Assembly (NCBI GenBank): GCA_010093995.1
Contig: ML992525.1
Location: forward strand, 61,392-81,391
Direction of reading: 5' to 3'
Origin: Elsinoe ampelina
Taxonomy: Eukaryota
Length of the DNA: 20,000 nucleotides
Part shown: positions 17,472-20,000 of the stretch, piece by piece
How the letters are laid out: each line of letters starts with the position of its first letter
Position numbering within the stretch: position 1 is the stretch's first letter
Position numbers and translations under genes: made by a program
Notes under the pieces: model-generated
The model's database searches: none
Told to the model about the DNA's origin: nothing
What the model saw: only the letters and a program-made list of their open reading frames with translations

Positions 17472-19601
17472 ATGGGTACTCTTTCTGGACAAGATGTCCG
17501 CTTACCAGATCACTGCGAACACAAATTACCAACTAGCTGTCGCTTAACTTCACTTCGAAATTGTTGCGCCTGTGCCGACGAAAGAGCTCATAGTCCAACC
17601 TACACGACGTATATTGACGGTGTTGGATTGGTACCGCGAGGAAGACGCTGGGATAGATACTGTTGGTTCTGCAAAGAATTTTGGTCACACCGGGTCGCCG
17701 CAACCAATCTACTGCCTTCGCAGACTCGCATTCCAGAGGTCCCCGATCAGACCACCTTTCTGGAACGATGGTACGAATTTCACCGCGGTTATCGGATAGT
17801 CACGTCACCAGATGGTTGGGAAGAGCGGATAGCTGTCCTGGGAGAGCCATGGGGTGATGTGTCGCCGGGCCACCTTCCCCGGACGCTGGACGAGTTGCGA
17901 GCTGGCACAGTGAGAAGCGCTGCAGATCCGGTGCAGCATATCACGGTGGAGCGGAGCACAGCTGAAGATGGCCCATCGCTGGAAGAGACGTTTGACCGGC
18001 TACTAGAGCAGGTGGACGAAGAGGATACTACCAGGACGGAAGAAATGAGCACGGAATCGCGGAATGATATTGCTAGCACCCAGCCGAGTATTCCAAGAAT
18101 GTCTGAGACCGAGAGCGTCCAGATACAATCGCCGCCGAGAACTACCAGACAAGTTGCAGGTAACGTGATGCAGCCTGCAACCGAGAGCATCCAGATACAA
18201 TCGCCGCCGAGAACTACCAGACAAGTTGCAGGTAACGTGTTGCAGCCTGAAACCGAGAGCATCCAGATACAGCCGCGGCCGAGAACTACCAGCCAAGTTG
18301 CAGGTAACGTGATGCACCCCACTGGCTCGCTACAAGCTCAGCACCGACGCGTAGCTGCGCTCAGGAGAGAGCTTGGAAGGATGAGCAGCGGTGTTGAGAG
18401 AGTCGTTAGCGCGCTGCGAGATCTCGGTGAACTAACAGAAGTGAGCAGAGCAACAGGGGAACTTGCTCAGCTCGAAAGATCACTTGGCAACATTGTGTCC
18501 AGGAATAGTCTCGCAGCGAATCGGACTTTTGAGGACGCCACAGCCAATGCCGCTCCAGATCAAAGGCTTCAAAGCGGTACTACATGGATCCAGAATCAGA
18601 GGAATGAACGGCAAAGCATCGATCGTGATATCTCTGCGCTAGACGCACTTTTGGTCAGAATGCAAGAGCAGAGATCGGCGCTTGAAATGAGAGCCGAAGA
18701 CTTGCGTATAGACATTCTTCAGGGTCAACTTCAAATCGATCGATGGCGACAGGAAGGTAGAGGTGCAGAGAATGCTAGGCGGGTCTTCGGCACACGCGAA
18801 GACATGGATCGGGAAGATTGGGTCAGTCCAATCAATCAGATGTTCACCAGAGCCTACGACAGGTTTAGGGATGCCGAGCAGGCACGAAGAGAGAATCGCA
18901 CGCCACCTGTATGGGGACTCCCTCCGCCAGCACCCAATCGGCAAGATATGTCATCTCGACCCAATGCCCACCAAGCGAATATTCCTGATCGACCAGAACC
19001 ACATTCGTCGCGCGACAGACGGTACATGTCTCCACAAGACGATGTCTCCGCTGAGAACGATCTTGCAATGCAGCAATCACTAGCACAATACTACTCCGAC
19101 CTCGCCTCCCCACCCCGATCCACGTCCACCACCACCTTCGGCAATCCTTACACCACCATCGACAACGAACCCCGCCACCCCACCGACCACGCCTTTCTAA
19201 GAGAAGACCCCACTACCTTCCCTCACACGCACGCCCACCCCTCCGCCCACACGTATGCCCACTCCTCCGCCCACCCCTCCGCCCGCACCTCCGCCCGCAC
19301 CTCCGCCCGCGACACCTCCCCCGGCCCGCCTCCCCTACCACTCGGCCTCGACGTCGACCCCGACCGTCCCGAACCGCGCACAGATGAGGACTTGACGGTA
19401 AAGCTAGACTGCAGGATCTGCTACACCCAGCCGGCCGAGATAGCGTGTCTGCCGTGCGGTCATCTGGTCATGTGCAGGTGGTGTTCGGAGCAGCATTGCC
19501 CCGGGTTGAGGAGTGATCGGACGGTGCCGGAGAGGAAGGGGACGCAGTGTCCTGCTTGCAGGAAGGTGGTGAAGAAGAAGGTTAGGGTGAGGTATGGGTA
19601 G
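17472..19601 (+). CDS. C-terminal RING finger (C3HC4) protein with N-terminal Cys/His-rich domain and coiled coils, putative E3 ligase, 709 aa; paralog B
   Basis: ACAATGG start context and an intronless ORF. RING CRICYTQPAEIACLPCGHLVMCRWC...CPACR. N-terminal DHCEH..C..CCAC..H..YCWFC. Central heptad-like segments and RVFGTREDM. Confidence 0.9.
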   Translation: MGTLSGQDVRLPDHCEHKLPTSCRLTSLRNCCACADERAHSPTYTTYIDGVGLVPRGRRWDRYCWFCKEFWSHRVAATNLLPSQTRIPEVPDQTTFLERWYEFHRGYRIVTSPDGWEERIAVLGEPWGDVSPGHLPRTLDELRAGTVRSAADPVQHITVERSTAEDGPSLEETFDRLLEQVDEEDTTRTEEMSTESRNDIASTQPSIPRMSETESVQIQSPPRTTRQVAGNVMQPATESIQIQSPPRTTRQVAGNVLQPETESIQIQPRPRTTSQVAGNVMHPTGSLQAQHRRVAALRRELGRMSSGVERVVSALRDLGELTEVSRATGELAQLERSLGNIVSRNSLAANRTFEDATANAAPDQRLQSGTTWIQNQRNERQSIDRDISALDALLVRMQEQRSALEMRAEDLRIDILQGQLQIDRWRQEGRGAENARRVFGTREDMDREDWVSPINQMFTRAYDRFRDAEQARRENRTPPVWGLPPPAPNRQDMSSRPNAHQANIPDRPEPHSSRDRRYMSPQDDVSAENDLAMQQSLAQYYSDLASPPRSTSTTTFGNPYTTIDNEPRHPTDHAFLREDPTTFPHTHAHPSAHTYAHSSAHPSARTSARTSARDTSPGPPPLPLGLDVDPDRPEPRTDEDLTVKLDCRICYTQPAEIACLPCGHLVMCRWCSEQHCPGLRSDRTVPERKGTQCPACRKVVKKKVRVRYG
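18108..18320 (+). repeat. Coding tandem repeat, 72 nt x ~3 (24-aa unit TESxQIQSPPRTTRQVAGNVMQPx)
   Basis: Units start at 18108, 18180 and 18252 (ACCGAGAGC...GCAGGTAACGTG), with only a few substitutions between copies. Confidence 0.97.
19230..19313 (+). repeat. Coding minisatellite, 12 nt x ~7 (TCCGCCC(A/G)CNCC; SAHP/SART)
   Basis: cacgcccacccc tccgcccacacg tatgcccactcc tccgcccacccc tccgcccgcacc tccgcccgcacc tccgcccgcgac. Confidence 0.9.
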
Positions 19602-19849
19602 GGTAGGGCAACTCGGTGGAGGAGTGAACGGGAGAAGATAGTTGAGAGATCTGGTAGTCACAGTGGCTAATTACTACCAGAACTATCTGTCAGCCTGATG
19701 TAAGGCTTGCAGATCCTGCGTTGACGGAGTCAGAGGTGTAGCAAGTCAATATACAGCTAAGATGGCGTTACAGAGGACTCGACATTTTGCGATTGGGAAC
19801 ACGCTCATAAAGCACCGAAGTAGACACCCGCCCGTTAATCATATCATCA

Positions 19850-20000
19850 TCCCCAAAAAATCCCAATACCGTTCAAGGCTTGTCCCTCCTCTTCCCCTGA
19901 CTCTTTCCCCTTGTCCCCTCCCTTCGCTTTTCTTCCCCCCCCCAACCAGATCAAAACACAAACCCCTCCCCCCCCCTCCCATCCCCCGTCACCCACCCCA
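19850..20000 (+). other. Pyrimidine/C-rich low-complexity tract, probably promoter or 5' UTR of the next gene
   Basis: Long C runs and CT-rich sequence; no ORF is visible within the window. Confidence 0.4.

Noticed and set aside
18108..18320. Possible CRISPR-like array
   Set aside because: The units are contiguous with no unique spacers, are in frame within a eukaryotic CDS, and there are no cas genes.
425..19601. Stop-codon readthrough (TGA-CTA) giving cryptic peroxisomal PTS1 extensions
   Set aside because: None of the called stop codons is followed by the CTA readthrough context.

Overview
Gene-dense eukaryotic DNA from a filamentous ascomycete (Pezizomycotina-type genes, seven 46-57 nt GT-AG introns, CT(A/G)A(C/T/G) branch sites). 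In order: 3' end of a PTH11-like membrane protein (+), PEX26 (+), ALG5 (+), a conserved-looking 610-aa protein with a Ddi1/retropepsin-like domain whose catalytic Asp appears replaced by Cys (+), the DUSP-USP deubiquitinase UBP12 (+), an FHIP/FAM160-family gene with a 9-nt first exon (-), and two tandem paralogous C-terminal RING (C3HC4) genes (+). I see no RNA genes, transposons or CRISPR arrays. The best leads are (1) the pseudo-aspartyl-protease (CTG instead of DTG) directly upstream of UBP12, (2) a probable non-AUG (CUG/ACG) start that would give UBP12 a ~110-aa N-terminal extension with a PKKRK NLS, and (3) the asymmetric RING gene pair. All family assignments come from motif recognition by eye; no searches were run.
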